Positions 7,414 through 7,858 of a stretch of 7,858 bases of DNA are shown one piece after another. The position numbers and the translations under genes were made by a program. Source of the DNA: Octopus sinensis (Eukaryota); assembly GCF_006345805.1 (NCBI RefSeq), contig NW_021828719.1, positions 1 through 7,858 of the forward strand, given 5' to 3'. The first letter of the stretch is position 1. Each line of letters opens with the position of its first letter. Under the pieces are notes generated by a model. The model was not told where the DNA came from, did not search any database, and saw only the letters and a program-made list of their open reading frames with translations.

Positions 7414-7414
<1 letters not shown>
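6770..7414 (+). mobile_element. 5'-truncated R4/Dong-clade non-LTR retrotransposon (end of restriction-like endonuclease domain plus 3' UTR), as two tandem copies 6770-7010 and 7011-7414
   Basis: From 7013 translates YKDLEIEIRKMWNLKTKTIPVVIGALGM; with frameshifts the copies continue YLTQIPGNPKMAEI and IVLMGTAHILRK, matching the C-terminus of R4/Dong/Rex6 ORFs (KYxDL..E..W..P.VIGALG..GTA.ILR). Both copies are frameshifted; 30 identical bases 6813-6842 = 7068-7097. Confidence 0.85.
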
Positions 7415-7446
<32 letters not shown>

Positions 7447-7468
7447 TAATCAGAATAATAATAAAATA

Positions 7469-7470
<2 letters not shown>
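7415..7470. repeat. (TAA)n microsatellite, right flank or tail of the retrotransposon
   Basis: Direct reading. Confidence 0.95.
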
Positions 7471-7473
<3 letters not shown>

Positions 7474-7505
<32 letters not shown>

Positions 7506-7858
7506 TATATATATATATGTATATTATATAAATCACATCATATATATATTATACATGTATATATACATATACAATATATATACATGTAAATACAATGTAA
7601 TATATACATATTCATATATACATGTACATATATATACATATACATATATATTTTCATATACATATATTATATACATATATCATACATATTTATACAACTA
7701 TATATATATATGTATATGTGTACACATAAGTATATATATGTATATATATATATGCATATAAGTATATATATGTATATATATTAATGTTATATACATATGT
7801 AGCCTTACATATGTATACATATATATATATATTTATATATATTATATATATGTATGTA
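7474..7858. repeat. Long degenerate (TA)n/(TACA)/(TATG) microsatellite
   Basis: Direct reading; runs off the window end; accounts for ORF 7555..7761. Confidence 0.96.

Overview
AT-rich, repeat-saturated eukaryotic non-coding DNA. The SINE families resemble those I recall from octopus/cephalopod genomes (recognition from memory, not a search). There is no intact protein-coding gene, rRNA, true tRNA or CRISPR array; the long ORFs in the track come from microsatellites or SINEs. The window holds three SINE families (four copies or fragments), three rolling-circle-type non-autonomous elements (a complete Helitron at 2456-2972, a Helitron-like 5' fragment, and a Helentron/DINE-1-like element at 5079-5402), an orphan Tc1/mariner end, a doubled 3' fragment of an R4/Dong-type retrotransposon inside a (TAA)n tract, many microsatellites, and two diverged local duplications. 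The most intriguing signal is a candidate 27-nt minus-strand micro-exon (4451-4477) whose splice sites are both buried in a perfect 13-bp hairpin, lying between two duplicated segments that each begin at a GTAAGT donor. I cannot support a wholly new biological system from sequence alone.
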